Positions 1 through 12,056 are shown, numbered from the stretch's first letter. The stretch is 64,000 bases of DNA from Stegostoma tigrinum (GCF_030684315.1 NC_081366.1:29240078-29304077); one strand, 5' to 3'. Notes: generated by a model from the letters alone, not told the origin. Program-made: numbers and translations.

Positions 1-9
1 TTTTATCCA

Positions 10-150
10 AGGGATCTTACTTGCAAACATCCTCTGCGCCCCCTCCAAGGCTAGCATATTCTCCCTTAGATATGGGGCCCTGAAACAGCTGGCAATATTC
101 CTAACTAGATCTGTAGAGCCGTAAACAGCCTCAGCAGTACACCTCTGCTC
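10..150 (-). mobile_element. CR1 LINE fragment (RT 3' region), degraded
   Basis: Resembles the minus-strand CR1 segment at 20430-20560 (aaatatcctctgcacc...cagaactgaacacaatattcc). Confidence 0.55.
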
Positions 151-534
151 TCCATGGTGGGCAATGGATTTTAAGTTAAACCTGATGAATGGAACTGTCG
201 GCTAACAAAGGCAGACAGCACTGGGGGAGATTGACTTCTATTTTTGAGTGAGTAACAGATTCAACCCAATTCTACACAAAACCCTTCTGGATGATACAGG
301 AACCCAGACAGGCCAAGCAAGGGAGAAGTTAACTTCACGTGTTGAACTCAAATGCGTGCCACAGCAGCAACAGGGAAACTGTGCAAAAGTAATGCCTGTA
401 GCCAATTTTGGGTATTCCTGAAGTAGATCTATTGTGACCTACTGTGGGTGGGATGGTAGTAAAAGACTCCACCCAAACTGCTGAATGCTGTGGTTGCAAT
501 TGCAGCCCTCCCCTGTACAAACCATATCCTTCTG

Positions 535-1128
535 GAAAACATTCAATGTTTAACCCTTAACTGCTTTCTATGCCAGAGAATTTCAAACATTCACCACTCT
601 CTGGGTGAAGAAATTTCTCCTCCTCTCAGTGCTAAAGGCTGTATTTTTTAACAATTAAAGGTAATCATTTGTCAAGGCAAATTCACAGAGCAATTGTTTT
701 TCTAGAAAAGTCGATCCTGGGCAGAGACATTACTGTCAATAGCCACTGCACACAGGTTGAATGGAACATAGGAACACAGAAAATAGGAAGAGCGGGCCAT
801 TGACTCTTTGAGTTTGATTCTCCAATCAACAATGTCCCCATACTCATATCCTTTGAGTCTTTTAGCCATAAGAACTACTTTTTGAATAAATTCAATATTT
901 AAGCCTCAATCATGTTCTATGACAGATAATTCCACAGGCTCACCACCCTTCGAGCAAAGAAATTTCTCTTCGTCTCAGTCCTAAATGGCCTATACCATAT
1001 CCTTAGACTGTGACCCCTAAATCTGGACTCTGTAGTCATCAGGAACATCTTTCCTGTGTTTACCCTGTCTAATCTTGTTAAATCCCACTTCAATCGTCTA
1101 TACTCCACTAATCCAATCTCTCTTCATA
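535..1128 (-). mobile_element. Two CR1 LINE 3'-end fragments (approx. 535-640 and 763-1128)
   Basis: Minus ORF 917-1108 reads SRFRGHSLRI...FRTETKRNFFARRVVSLWNYL, the typical CR1 ORF2 C-terminus. Tail ggaacataggaac near 763. Confidence 0.8.
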
Positions 1129-1129
1129 T

Positions 1130-2960
1130 GTCAATACAGGTTACAGTCACTGTTCTGTCTGACAGTTTTAAATGGCTGAGGAAGTTCACCTACAACTTTC
1201 ATCTCTCTAATGTACAGCTCAGAAGGAACCAAAGGTTCAAGGCCAGTTTCAGGTAATGTTAAGAGTTCAAGATAAAGACATTTCTGAAACACTCTGTTGT
1301 TTATAACTAGACATGCTCCCCACTCATATTAATGTAAATGCAAGTGTCGGTTAAAAATGAGAAAATGAGTTTAGACAATGATTGTAAGCTTTGAAAGCCT
1401 AGGTAAACATTAGACCACATCACACTGAAGGCAGATTCCAAACCGATCTGCTTAAAGCGGAGATTCAAAGAAAATTGGTGGCAGCTCTTAAACTGAACAG
1501 ATCAAGTAAAATATGTGTGAAATTAGTTGATACTTGATGACATATGAATGGTCAATGCCAACTAATATATTTTAGGCCCACACTCTTTTTCATTGGAGGT
1601 TACAGCAGACCTGCTGAAAATAAAAGCTAAGAGGACACCCAGGAATGTTACGGACTCTAACAGTTCAGATGGGTGCTAACTCATAGGAGGAAAACTTTCA
1701 TTAATACGTCATTCAAATTAATAAGCCTCTCAGGCAATCTTTGAAGCAAGATCAGGCCTAGTGATAGAGAGAGCATCTATTATGTCCATTTGACTCAATG
1801 AAGCACATGCTCATTTCATGCAAGATCCTTAAACAGTCCTTGGATAAGCATATGGATAATGATGGGATAGTGTTGGGGGAGGGGCCTAGATTAGTTCACA
1901 CGTTGGTGCAACATCGAAGGCCGAAGGGCCTGTTCTGCGCTGCATTGTTCTATGTTCTATGATCCTGAATTGTTTCCTCAAATACATGTTCTCCAACAAT
2001 GCCACCTGAGCTACTTGAGACAGGAGCAGAAAGAACCTTTTCTGTAATCCTTATTTCCAGCTAGACCTGGGGAACACTTTCACATTGACTTATTTGCTTC
2101 TAAGGTGGATTTTCCCATCTTGTCTGACTATTATTCCCAATGGATTGAAGATCAGGAACTCAATCCATCCACCTTTGAGGCTGTGATAGCCTCTTCAGGG
2201 ACCATATTTTCCATGCATGTAACTGCAGGTGTTATTATCTCTGACAATGAACCACATGTTTCCAGTAAAAGTTTCCATTCCTTTGGAGGCCTGCATGGAT
2301 TTATTCATGTTGCACTTTAACCAAGGTACCCTCAAGCCAATGGTGAATCCAAAGAAGAAATACAGACTAGTAAAGAAACCCCTGAGGTAGAATGATGATT
2401 TTCATTCAATCCCTACTCAACTACCTCTCCACAGTGTTAAATTTGCTAGGCCAAAAGCTGAGAACCCAATTTTTATCCATTCCCAATCCTACTCTTCATG
2501 TCACAGTGCAGAAAAGTGACAAACATGACAGACCTTACAGGACAGACCAAGCACATATCTTCACACGGATCATAACCTGCCCATACTGGAAAACGGTAGC
2601 TCGGTGTGGCTTATGGAGCAGCAGCTTCAGGTCACAGTACTGGCTAGGCTCCAAAATAAAATACGAGATTATGCTTCATCTGAACATTAAATGGTATTGT
2701 TTGGAGGAACAGGGATGCATTGATTTTGGCAAAATCAGAAGCCAGAAGCTAAACGATCCTAACACAAATACTAACAACCGCGATAAAAACTGAAGACTGT
2801 CTGAATGATTGATTCTCCACAACTTCTACGGGATTCTGCACGCTTGTCATTTGGACAAACATCCCACAGACTTCTCCAGTAAACCACAGAGACTTAGGGA
2901 TGGGGTTGGTGGGAGGGATATGTGGAATAACATGTAACTAGTGTCTATACTTAATGGGCT
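1130..2960 (+). mobile_element. Heavily deleted Gypsy LTR retrotransposon remnant (protease, RT pieces, integrase core, possible PPT and 3' LTR start)
   Basis: Hand translation: TVLSDSFKWL (protease), HITLKADSKPICL and NKPLRQSLK (RT), DLFASKVDFPILSDYYSQWIE...IISDNEPHVSS...PRYPQANGES (rve core). Purine tract gggagggata at 2911-2920 followed by TG at 2921. Confidence 0.8.
1830..1960 (+). mobile_element. Short 5'-truncated CR1 3' end inserted in the Gypsy remnant
   Basis: CR1 3' stem-loop ggccgaagggcctgttctgcgctg plus (ttctatg)2 tail. Confidence 0.8.
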
Positions 2961-3124
2961 GAACATTACCATATTTTGAAAAAAACGTCATTTTGTTGGA
3001 TTTTGTGGAAGGTTACTCTCTTTGAGGCCCAGTCAATTTTTTCACATGATCATCACCTCTTTAACCACCAAGGGTATATACCTATATACCCTTTCATCAA
3101 ATACTGGTCCAATTCCACAACTTA

Positions 3125-3490
3125 GGGGTGACACGGTGGCTTGGTGGCTCAGTGGTCAGCACTACAGCCTCTCAGAGCCAGGGACCCAGGTTTGATTCCA
3201 CCCTCAGGCAACTGTCTGTGCAGAATTTGCCCATTCTCCCTGTGTCTGCGTGGGTTTCGTCCGGACGGTCTGGTTTCCTCCTAGAGCCCAAAGATGTGCA
3301 GGTTAGATGGATTGTCCATGCTAAATTGTCTGTCGTGTCCAGGGATATGCAGTCTACGTTGATCAGCCATGGTAAATGTGGGGTTACAGGGAGAGGGTGA
3401 GGGTGCAGTGTTTGTATGGGATGCTATTCGATGGATCAGTGTAGGCTTGATGGGTTGATGGCCTGTATCCACACTGTAGGGATTCTATGA
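3125..3490 (+). mobile_element. tRNA-derived SINE, HE1/V-SINE-like, with CR1-type tail
   Basis: A box tggctcagtgg, B box ggtttgattcc, V-domain-like ttctccctgtgtctgcgtgggttt, tail ctgtagggattctatga. Second copy at 17842-18194. Confidence 0.85.
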
Positions 3491-4848
3491 CTTGCTGTAG
3501 TTGGATGAATTTTCCACTAGAAGGTCTATTGATGGGTTGGCAGTGGTCATACCTAAGTAGGTCCAGCACTCTCAGTGTCTGCTGGATACAGAAATACACC
3601 TATAATCCATCACTCTATCTATTAGCCCTCAACACCAACTGCAAAGGGACAGGGGCGTGAGGGACGCACACAGCATGTCTGTACTCTCGAGACAAAGATA
3701 CTTATTGAGTCTGTGACCACAGGGTGAACAGGCTCCCCAAGTGCCCATCCAACTCAGGTAGTCGGGTCTCCATTTGCCCACTTTACACCTCCTCAAAACC
3801 TACCCCACTATTTTCCTTCCGCCCCATTATATGTTTTGCTGCCATCCTTCAGAAGTACCATTTCCTCTGCATTCCAACATTCTGACTCCAATCCTCACAA
3901 TTAAGTTCCTCAGCTTCCTGCCACACTACTTGCCCCGTGATTACCCCTCTTTGGCATTTAATAAACAGATTCCCTGAGGTCAACTCCCTTGAATGCCTTA
4001 GTTTAACAGTCCCAATCAATGAGTGGCCAGCTCTGCAAACTTATTCCCATGATTCCCCAGATTGGCTATATTAGACCTACAGGGTTGACCATGGCCATTC
4101 CCCAGACTGTAACAGCTTCCTTCTATCCCTGACCACCACTGACCAAATGCCTGAGCAGACCCCAGCTCCTGGACTGATATTGGATGTTAACCTTGACGTA
4201 CTGTACCAGGATTTCCTGACTGGCCAGTGACTTCCTGGACTTCAGTGAAGACAATCCGACTAGGCTTTGAGCTTTGACTGTTTGCTTACAGCAAAGTTAC
4301 AGCATTCTCCATGCTTGTAAATGTTTCAGATGTAATTGCAGGACATTGACGTACAACACAATGTTGACCCCCTTGACTGATGACTACTGTCAAGTTTCCT
4401 CGATTTGTGTCTGTACTAAAAGCAGTCAAAACAAAAGAACTGTGTGCCCATTAGCTCTGGTTGAAGAGGCAAAATTCTAAAAGACAAGGCAAGGCAGGGA
4501 TGTTGGGACATCCAAGTAGGTGCTAACTGTGTGTGTGTTAAGAGAACAGGCAACAAGCCCTGAGTTGCAGCCTGGTCCAATCCGTGAGCTGGATGCCTGT
4601 CTCTGCAAACAAAGTCTTCCTTTCAGCAGGGTTGCAATAATAGTTGCTGGCGTACTCTAACGTACATCATTGAAGTGCAGAAACGTACAGTAAGTGAATC
4701 AGAGAGGAGCCATGATGATGCAGTGAGGCTGACGTGTTGAATTCAATGTGTGTGGATGAGGCGTTGTATTTATCACTGGCCATGGAGTACCCCCTAAGGC
4801 ATTACCAGTGGAGACCCAGAGGATCAAGCAGTGAGCTAGAATTATCTG

Positions 4849-6103
4849 AGATAATGGGAACTGCAGATGCTGGAGAATCCAAGATAATAAAATGTGAGGC
4901 TGGATGAACACAGCAGGCCAAGCAGCATCTCAGGAGCACAAAACCTGACGTTTTGGGCCTAGACCCTTCATCAGAGAGGGGGATGGGGTGAGGGTTCTGG
5001 AATAAATAGGGAGAGAGGGGGAGGCGGACCGAAGATGGAGAGAAAAGAAGATAGGTGGAGAGGAGAGTATAGGTGGGGAGGTAGGGAGGGGATAGGCCAG
5101 TCCAGGGAAGACGGACAGGTCAAGGAGGTGGGATGAGGTTAGTAGGTAGATGGGGGTGCAGCTTGGGATGGGAGGAAGGGTTGGGTGAGAGGAAGAACAG
5201 GTTAGGGAGGCAGAGACTGGTTGGACTGGTTTTGGGATGCAGTGGGTGGAGGGGAAGAGCTGGGCTGGTTGTGTGGTGCAGTGGGGGGAGGGGACGAACT
5301 GGGCTGGTTTAGGGATGCAGTGGGGGAAGGGGAGATTTTGAAACTGGTGACGTTTCTTGCCAATGTGGTATACAGCATCCACTGTACCCGGTGTGGCTTC
5401 CACTACATTGGGGAAACCAAGCGGAGGCTTGGGGACCGCTTTGCAGAACACCTCCGCTGAGTTCGCAACAAACAACTGCACCTCCCAGTCGCAAACCATT
5501 TCCACTCCCCCTCCCATTCTTTAGATGACATGTCCATCATGGGCCTCCTGCAGTGCCACAATGATGTCACCCGAAGGTTGGAGGAACAGCAACTCATATT
5601 CCGCCTGGGAACCCTGCAGCCTAATGGTATCAATGTGGGCTTCACCAGTTTCGAAATCTCCCCTTCCCCCACCGCATCCCTAAACCAGCCCAGTTCGTCC
5701 CCTCCCCTCACTGCACCACACAACCAGCCCAGCTCTTCCCCTCCACCCACTGCATCCCAAAACCAGTCCAACCTGTCTCTGCCTCCATATCCTGTTCTTC
5801 CTCTCACCCATCCCTTCCTCCCACCCCAAGCCACACCCCCATCTACCTACTAACCTCATCCCACCTCCTTGACCTGTCCGTCTTCCCTGGACTGACCTAT
5901 CCCCTCCCTACCTCCCCACCTATACTCTCTCCGCCTATCTTCTTTTCTCTCCATCTTCGGTCCGCCTCCCCCTCTCTCCCTATTTATTCCAGAACCCTCA
6001 CCCCATCCCCCTCTCTGATGAAGGGTCTAGGCCCGAAACGTCAGCTTTTGTGCTCCTGGGATGCTGCTTGGCCTGCTGTGTTCATCCAGCCTCACATTTT
6101 ATT
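4849..6103. mobile_element. Penelope-like (Neptune-type) insertion, fold-back structure: inverted pLTR arm + GIY-YIG C-terminus + pLTR
   Basis: 4885-5350 is the reverse complement of 5642-6103. Spacer encodes NVVYSIHCTRCGFHYIGETKRRLGDRFAEH. Flanked by the 15-bp direct repeat agctagaattatctg (4834-4848 and 6104-6118). Confidence 0.95.
6013..6044 (+). ncRNA. Minimal type-I hammerhead ribozyme motif in the Penelope pLTR, core intact
   Basis: CTGATGA (6015-6021), extra A, stem II gggt-ctag-gccc, GAAA (6035-6038), CG, then TC. Predicted cleavage after 6042. Stem I is only 2 bp. Confidence 0.7.
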
Positions 6104-6366
6104 AGCTAGAATTATCTGCTCGGTCATTGATATCAGGAATTCTCAGCATCTAATTTCTCTCCTGTGGGCGAAGAATATAGAAGTGAGGTGTGGTGATAAT
6201 GAACAATAATTCTCAATAATAGGCTTTTCACTACTGACCAGTGAGAATCTCATCTCAAACTCCAAAAAATGCAACTTATTGCTTCCTACATCGAGAAAAA
6301 GCTTTAATCAACTTTGCACATGAAACTTTCAGATTTCTCACCTTAGCTCGAATTGTTAAGGTACTG

Positions 6367-6577
6367 CTAAGTTTCAGCCAGTGGAGATAAAAATTTGGGA
6401 GGAGAATATTTCCCCTCATGGGCACAAACCCTTCCACTGTGTATGTACAGCTCAGAGACCACAAGAATAACAAGTCCTCTGATGACCTCAGCAGTCAAGT
6501 GCCGGTAGAAAGACTTTACAATTTTTCCAGTAAATGGTGATATTTGGAATTCTGCTTGAGACAATGTTTTGTTTAGA
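6367..6577 (-). CDS. Candidate terminal exon of an unidentified spliced gene (tentative)
   Basis: Acceptor ttttgaccatttttag. Phase-2 frame is open: LNKTLSQAEFQISPFTGKIVKSFYRH...PLAET-stop. No homology recognised. Confidence 0.22.
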
Positions 6578-7419
6578 CTAAAAATGGTCAAAATTATTGA
6601 AACAGATTTTAATTACAGTTTAGGTGGATTGAAGCAAGGCCCTGAGCATTTTTACAATTATGTTTTGAGAATTAGATCTTAACTAAATTTCTCATTAGAT
6701 AAGCAGCCACCAGTAGCACATTAGACTTAATGACAAAGTGCGGAAGTGATTGTGTAGGCCGATGAGACCAGCTAACCTACCGATCTAAATAAACCTGTCA
6801 CATATGATGGATTAGTTCCTTATTAAGCCCTTTTTGTTGCTGCAAACTCAAGGAAGGTCATTACAATGTTAACTATATGCATCTGTCATTCCCACAGAAA
6901 AGTGACAGAAAAATTACTGATTAGAGCTCCGATAAAACAGAAATTAGATTAAAGACGGAGATATGAATATTCAGAGAAATATTTCTACCTGCATGTTTGA
7001 GTAATGTAATAGCTCTCTCTGTCAAATAGGAAAGGTACTTTGTTTGAGATTACTGTAGCAGCTTGGCATTTAGGTTTCTTAATATGGCTCTGGAGAGCAA
7101 TAAATATTTATACTCAAACCTAATTTAAAATTCTGTTGGCAAGGTGACAACACCCAAGGGAGACACAGAGGAATTCCCCAAAACATATCAGACTGTAAAC
7201 AGGTGAGTAAACCCCGCACCATGATCAATGCTCTGAAAGATGGAAGATAGCCCAGTAAATTCCTCACAGTCTGACTTTTTTTAGATAAAAAAACAATGCT
7301 CTCAGTCTAGACAATATGATGTGAAGCTCATAGAGAGCACAGCCACACAGTTGTTCCTGTCCCTTATCATCAAGGCTTTAGATGGTAGTGCATGGGAACA
7401 TCCAAGCAAACGACTAACT

Positions 7420-8085
7420 CTGGAAGAGACTTGTAGCCCTTTAAGGAGGGTAGATCTTCTGGAAACAATGGCTTACTAGCTGAGTTCTATTTGCCTCTTT
7501 GGGACTTGACCAACCAGAACCTGTTGTAAGTGTACAAGAGTATTCTTCTGGTTGACCTCATGTCCAGATGCACAAGCAAAGGCACTGCCATCCTCATCTG
7601 CCAGTGGAAGGAGGGGAAGGGAGAGGAAATTAGAAATTGGTGACCCATCTCACTGTTGAACAGGGGGGTTCATAATATTCTGGTTGAGGTTATTATCAAT
7701 TGGCACAGCATGCTCTGGAGTTTGAGATTCATGCTGACAAAACCTGCACAGTACCTGGCAGAATGTTCTCTGATCTCTGGGAATGTCACCAACTGCAAGT
7801 TCCCCTCCAAGCCACTCATGATCTTGACTTAGTAGTATAACACCATTCCTTCATTATCACTGGGTCATAATCCTGGACTTCCCTCCCCAACAGTATTTAA
7901 ATGCCCACATCATGTGATTGAATGAAAATCAATAAATTCTTGTGCTACTTAAGAATCCACTTACTTTTGTGCAGGACAGGATGAATAGGCATCTCCCTTA
8001 TCAGCCTAGACAAGGAGAAGGCCTTTGACAGAATGTCTTATACATTTATGATGGTTTTACTCTGCAAAATCAGATTTGGGAGGTG
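7420..8085 (+). mobile_element. Tx1/L1-clade LINE RT remnant, interrupted at about 7775-7940
   Basis: Translation GNNGLLAEFYLPLWDL...EEIRNW*PISLLN...IHADKTCTVPGR, then LISLDKEKAFDRMSY after the insertion. Confidence 0.8.
7775..7940 (+). mobile_element. L2/CR1-group LINE 3' fragment nested in Tx1
   Basis: Similar to 8350-8460 (agttcccctccaagccac...cctggacttccctccc), with a tgaa/aataaa-type end. Confidence 0.65.
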
Positions 8086-8199
8086 TTCACATGGACCAGA
8101 GCATGTGCGAAAAATGATGAGTTGGTAGCCATGGTGAACCAAAAAACAGGACATGTGTAACCAATGCTAGCTTTCCACTGGGAAAAAGAACTTGTTCTT

Positions 8200-8608
8200 A
8201 CCACATCCACTCCCTCTACCACGGACTTCTCAGTAACAGCAGTATGTACTATTTATAACATGCACTGCAAAAATTCACCAAAGATCCTCAGACAACATCT
8301 TCCAAACCCATGACCACTTACACCTAGAAGGACAAGGGCTGCAGATACATGGGAACACCACCACATTTCAGTTTCCCTCCAAGCCACACACCATCCTGCT
8401 TCAAAATACATTGCCACTCCTTCGCTGTTGTTGGGTCAAAATCCTGGAATTCCCTCCCTAAGGGTATTGTGGGTCAACTCACAGCAGATGAACCACAGCA
8501 GTTCAAGGAAGTAGCTCACCACCACTTTCTCAAGGGCAACTGGGGATGGATAAAAAAATGCTTGCCAGCCAGCAACACTCGCTTGCCACCAATGAATGAA
8601 AAAAAAAC
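8200..8608 (+). mobile_element. L2/CR1-group LINE 3' end
   Basis: SFAVVGSKSWNSLPKGIV...QQFKEVAHHHFLKG C-terminus and aatgaatgaaaaa tail. Related copies at 45940-46160(-), 61370-61860(-), 61895-62290(+). Confidence 0.75.
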
Positions 8609-8639
8609 TGCACTCCTGTGCTCTGGCAATCACTCATGC

Positions 8640-8900
8640 CACTCTCTGCTTTACCTGGAAGTAAAAAGTGAAGCATGTCGGTGGTGACTACTCATGAACT
8701 TCCGGATAAAGGAGGAAAGAAATAAAGCCAATATTACTTTCATCCTGATTGGCACCTTTGTGCGCAGTTGCATCAAGCTGTGCATTGATCCTCAAATGTA
8801 AACTCCAAATGTCAACATATGGTGAAGTTCTACCCACTTTAGTGTTGCAAAGGATGGGCCAGGCCTCATTACTGCAGAACACTCCAAGTAATTGAACCAT
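8640..8900 (-). mobile_element. Possible Harbinger transposase N-terminal remnant
   Basis: Minus translation PIRMKVILALF...SGSS*VVTTDMLH resembles the PVAVKVTVALNFFASGSFQ motif of HARBI1-like transposases. Confidence 0.35.
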
Positions 8901-9439
8901 GCCATACATGTGTCCATCATGGAGACATTGTAGAATAAAAAAACACCTTTTATGCCACAAGCCTACTCAGCAGTGGATAATATATACCATCATTGAGGCT
9001 TTGTGGGAAAATGCAATGGTTTGATTCAGTCAAATTGCTCAGTGATGACCCTCATTCCTTTCCCAATGCTGGATCTGCCAATCAGGCATAGGGCTTCTAA
9101 TAAAAAAGAACCTTTCCCCATGGCCCATTGAGGGTGTGGAAAAACAATGCAGCTCTGTTAAAGCCATGAAGTGCCATTAAATTATAATCAGCTCAGGCAG
9201 AATTTGTATCAATTCGTTCGTAAATTAGTCAAAGACACAACCCACTGTAGGCAGCCTAGAATTTCCCATTTAATCCTGGGTGATATTAGGGTGACAGAGA
9301 GTCTGATGTGAGACCAGGACCTGGAATAGGGATGGTTGCAGATGATATTAATCATTGAGACAAATTCCTCAAAGGAGGCCCAATATTATTGACTGAGTCA
9401 CCTGTCAATTGAAATAGCCAGTTTCCTTTGCATCTAATC

Positions 9440-9560
9440 TAAACCATTGATATTTTCTAATCAGCCTGTTCAGAGACATTAGGACACACCTCTGGAACAT
9501 GTAGGACTTGAACCCAGGCTTCCTGGTCTAGGGCCACTACCCCCTGCACCAGAAGATCCC
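9440..9560 (-). mobile_element. Short tRNA-derived SINE
   Basis: Minus strand tggtgcagggg (A-box-like) and gggttcaagtcc (B box). Confidence 0.6.
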
Positions 9561-9866
9561 TTCCAGTTTAACTTGAAAACCATTCCAATTGTTGTTCTAA
9601 ATGGCAAAAATCGTTGGCAAAGTTGGCCACACCAGATTCTCCAGTCCCTCCTTTCTTTCTTACCTCATGGCCTGTCTCATGGATTATTCTTTTGGACTTA
9701 CCTGGATCAGTCCTTGAGTACAAAGTACCCTGAGATGGTTTGCTCCAACCTGACATCTCATCCCCCTCGCTCCCCTCACAATGTCATCCCATGCTGGCTG
9801 ATAATGATTCCTTTCAACAATGATACTCACCACTCAAACCTATCTTTTCCATCTGATCTCCACCCT

Positions 9867-10023
9867 GGTGAGTGTGAGAGAATGAGGGTCTTTGCCAAAG
9901 TGTATGTGAGAGATGAGTGTGAGAGAGTCAAGTATGGGAGAGAGTGTGTGAAAAACTGTGAGACAGAAAGAGAGATTGCAAGAGTGAAAGCGAGTATGAG
10001 TGTAAGTGTGAGTGTGTGTGTGC
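9867..10023 (+). repeat. Degenerate GA/GT low-complexity microsatellite
   Basis: Runs of gagt/gtgt/gaga seen directly. Confidence 0.75.
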
Positions 10024-10650
10024 ATGGGACAGAATTTACACACAGGGCTGGCAGACAAGGAAAGTTTTGCAGAGGCCAACTCAGAATGTATGCTTCCAAA
10101 GGCGAAAGCAAGTTAAATATGACTCCTTCACTTGGCACCAATTTCCTTTCATTCCCCAGTGACCAAGATTTGAGGCCTAGCCTGTCGCTCTCTCTTGCTC
10201 TGACTTTTAAAAGAAAAGGCAGAAAGGCTTCAATTGTTTGCTCTGCTGCATGATAGAATTGATGATATTTTTATTAGTTATTAAATTTTAGCATGATCAG
10301 TTTTATGATTTGGCTGTTTGTGTTTCACTCATCATGATAATTACAGTTCGTCCTATCTTACCTTTATTTGGAAATTCATGCTTAATGTTGAAGCACAATT
10401 TTTTGACTTGGTTACCCTGTAACTTAAGGAAGTGCAGTCAGAGAAGGAATGAGTGAAGAAGAGAGGCAGGCAGTTCGGTTGGAAAGCCCCACTGTGTGTA
10501 CCTCATTTAAAAGCAGATTTTCAGTTTTGGAATGTAGTGAATGTGACAGTTCCTCTGGGGAGAGCATTTAGAGCCCAGCTGAAAGTAAGTGACATAGTGG
10601 TAAGAGACCTAATAACAAGAAGTATGGACTGGCATTTCTGCAGCTGCAGA

Positions 10651-11014
10651 TTTTTTTTTCCCTTTATTCATTGACAGGATGAGGGTGTTGCTGGTTAAGC
10701 AGCATTTATTGCCCATTCCTAATTGACCAGAAGATGATTAGTAATAAACCACATTGCTGTGGGAGTGGAGACACATGTAGGCCAGACCAGGTAAGGATGG
10801 CAGTTTCCTTCCCTAAAGGGCATTAGTGAACTAGATGGGCTTTTCTGATGATCGACAATGGATTCATGGTCAGTATTAGATTCCTAATTCCAGATATTTA
10901 TTGAATTCAAATTCCACCATCTGCTGTGGTGGGTTTCAAGTCCATGTGTCCAGACCATTATCTGGGTCTCTGAACTAATGGTCCAGCAATAATGCCACCA
11001 GACTATTGCCTCCC
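10651..11014 (-). mobile_element. tRNA-derived SINE, DeuSINE/SacSINE1-like, inserted in CR1 ORF1
   Basis: Minus head gggaggcaatagtctggtgg...gacttgaaaccc, core ccttacctggtctggcctacatgtg, aatgaataaa/poly-A tail. CR1 ORF1 continues on both sides. Confidence 0.8.
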
Positions 11015-11971
11015 CATATGTGACTCTGGGATGGTGTGTTATCTCCTTGAGGAGAGGGTTAAAGATGCCACTGATGGCTGCTAGTCATTCTGAATGGGAA
11101 GTGGGAACGGTCAAGAGATCATAGTTCACTTTGGTAGCAACATCAAAGGTAGCTAAAGGAATGAGGTTCTGCAATAAGAATTTAGGGAAATAAGCAATAG
11201 GTTGCAAGACACAATCTGAAAAGTTGTTTTCTCTGGATTACTCCCAGTGCCACATGTTAGTGAATATAGCAATAGGTGATATGGCAGATGATTGTGCGAG
11301 TGAAGAGTTGGTGAAGGAGGGAAGGCTTGAGATTCCTTGATCTCTGGGTCCATTCCTGGGCAAGGAGGGAACTGTACAAGCCCAACAGGCCACACCTCAG
11401 TTGAAATAGGACCAACATCTTTGCAGAGCGATTTGCTAGTGCGGTAGGTGTGGCTTTAAACTAATTAGGCAGTCGAATGGAACACCAAGTGAAGGCACAC
11501 AGTGGCTGATGCACACCCAAATGTACAAAAAACAAACGCCAAGTCAGTCCAGCATGGGCAGTGTATACAGTCAAGGTAAGAATCAAGGGATTTCAACGAT
11601 GCTGGATGGTATTTATTTTAAAAAAATAAGTCTTGCTAGTACTTGAGTGAAGGGTGCTGATTAAGACATGGGAATATTACATAATCCTGTCACAGAGACA
11701 CAGCTCAGGGAGAGGTACGACTGTCGGCTCAATATTCTGGGGCATAACATTTTCAGATAAGGCAGGGAGGAGTGTAGAACATGAGGTTGTGTCACACTAT
11801 TGGGTAAGGAATAAACTACAGCAGTAAGGACACACCATATCCTGGAAGGCTTCTCAATTGAAGCCATTTGGGTGGAACATAAAAACAAAAAAAGGGTCAA
11901 TCACATTGTTGCGAGTATTCTAAAGGTCCATGAAGATTCAGAGAGAAATGCAATGGCAGATATCAGGCAAA

Positions 11972-12056
11972 TTTTTGTATGCTCCCCACTTCACTTTCCT
12001 AATTTCTTTTTCACAAGTCTCCTGCTCTTTCTATAAAACCTTTAGGTTCTCACAGG
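11972..12056 (-). repeat. 85-bp inverted copy of 12586-12671
   Basis: Reverse complement of 12586-12671 with one substitution and one 1-nt indel. Confidence 0.93.

Noticed and set aside
3070-3093. Perfect 11-bp hairpin aagggtatata-cc-tatataccctt
   Set aside because: Isolated and low-complexity, with no supporting context.
3125-3200. tRNA genes at SINE heads (also 9500-9560, 10930-11014, 17842-17915)
   Set aside because: A/B boxes run into SINE bodies and LINE-type tails. No complete cloverleaf.
4930-5834. Several overlapping 60-195 aa ORFs here, at 22128-22680 and at 36738-37938
   Set aside because: Shadow frames of GC-rich Penelope sequence. Only the RT and GIY-YIG frames are meaningful.
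9573-10253. 226-aa + strand ORF
   Set aside because: Runs through a GA/GT low-complexity tract that lacks stops by composition. No domain recognised.
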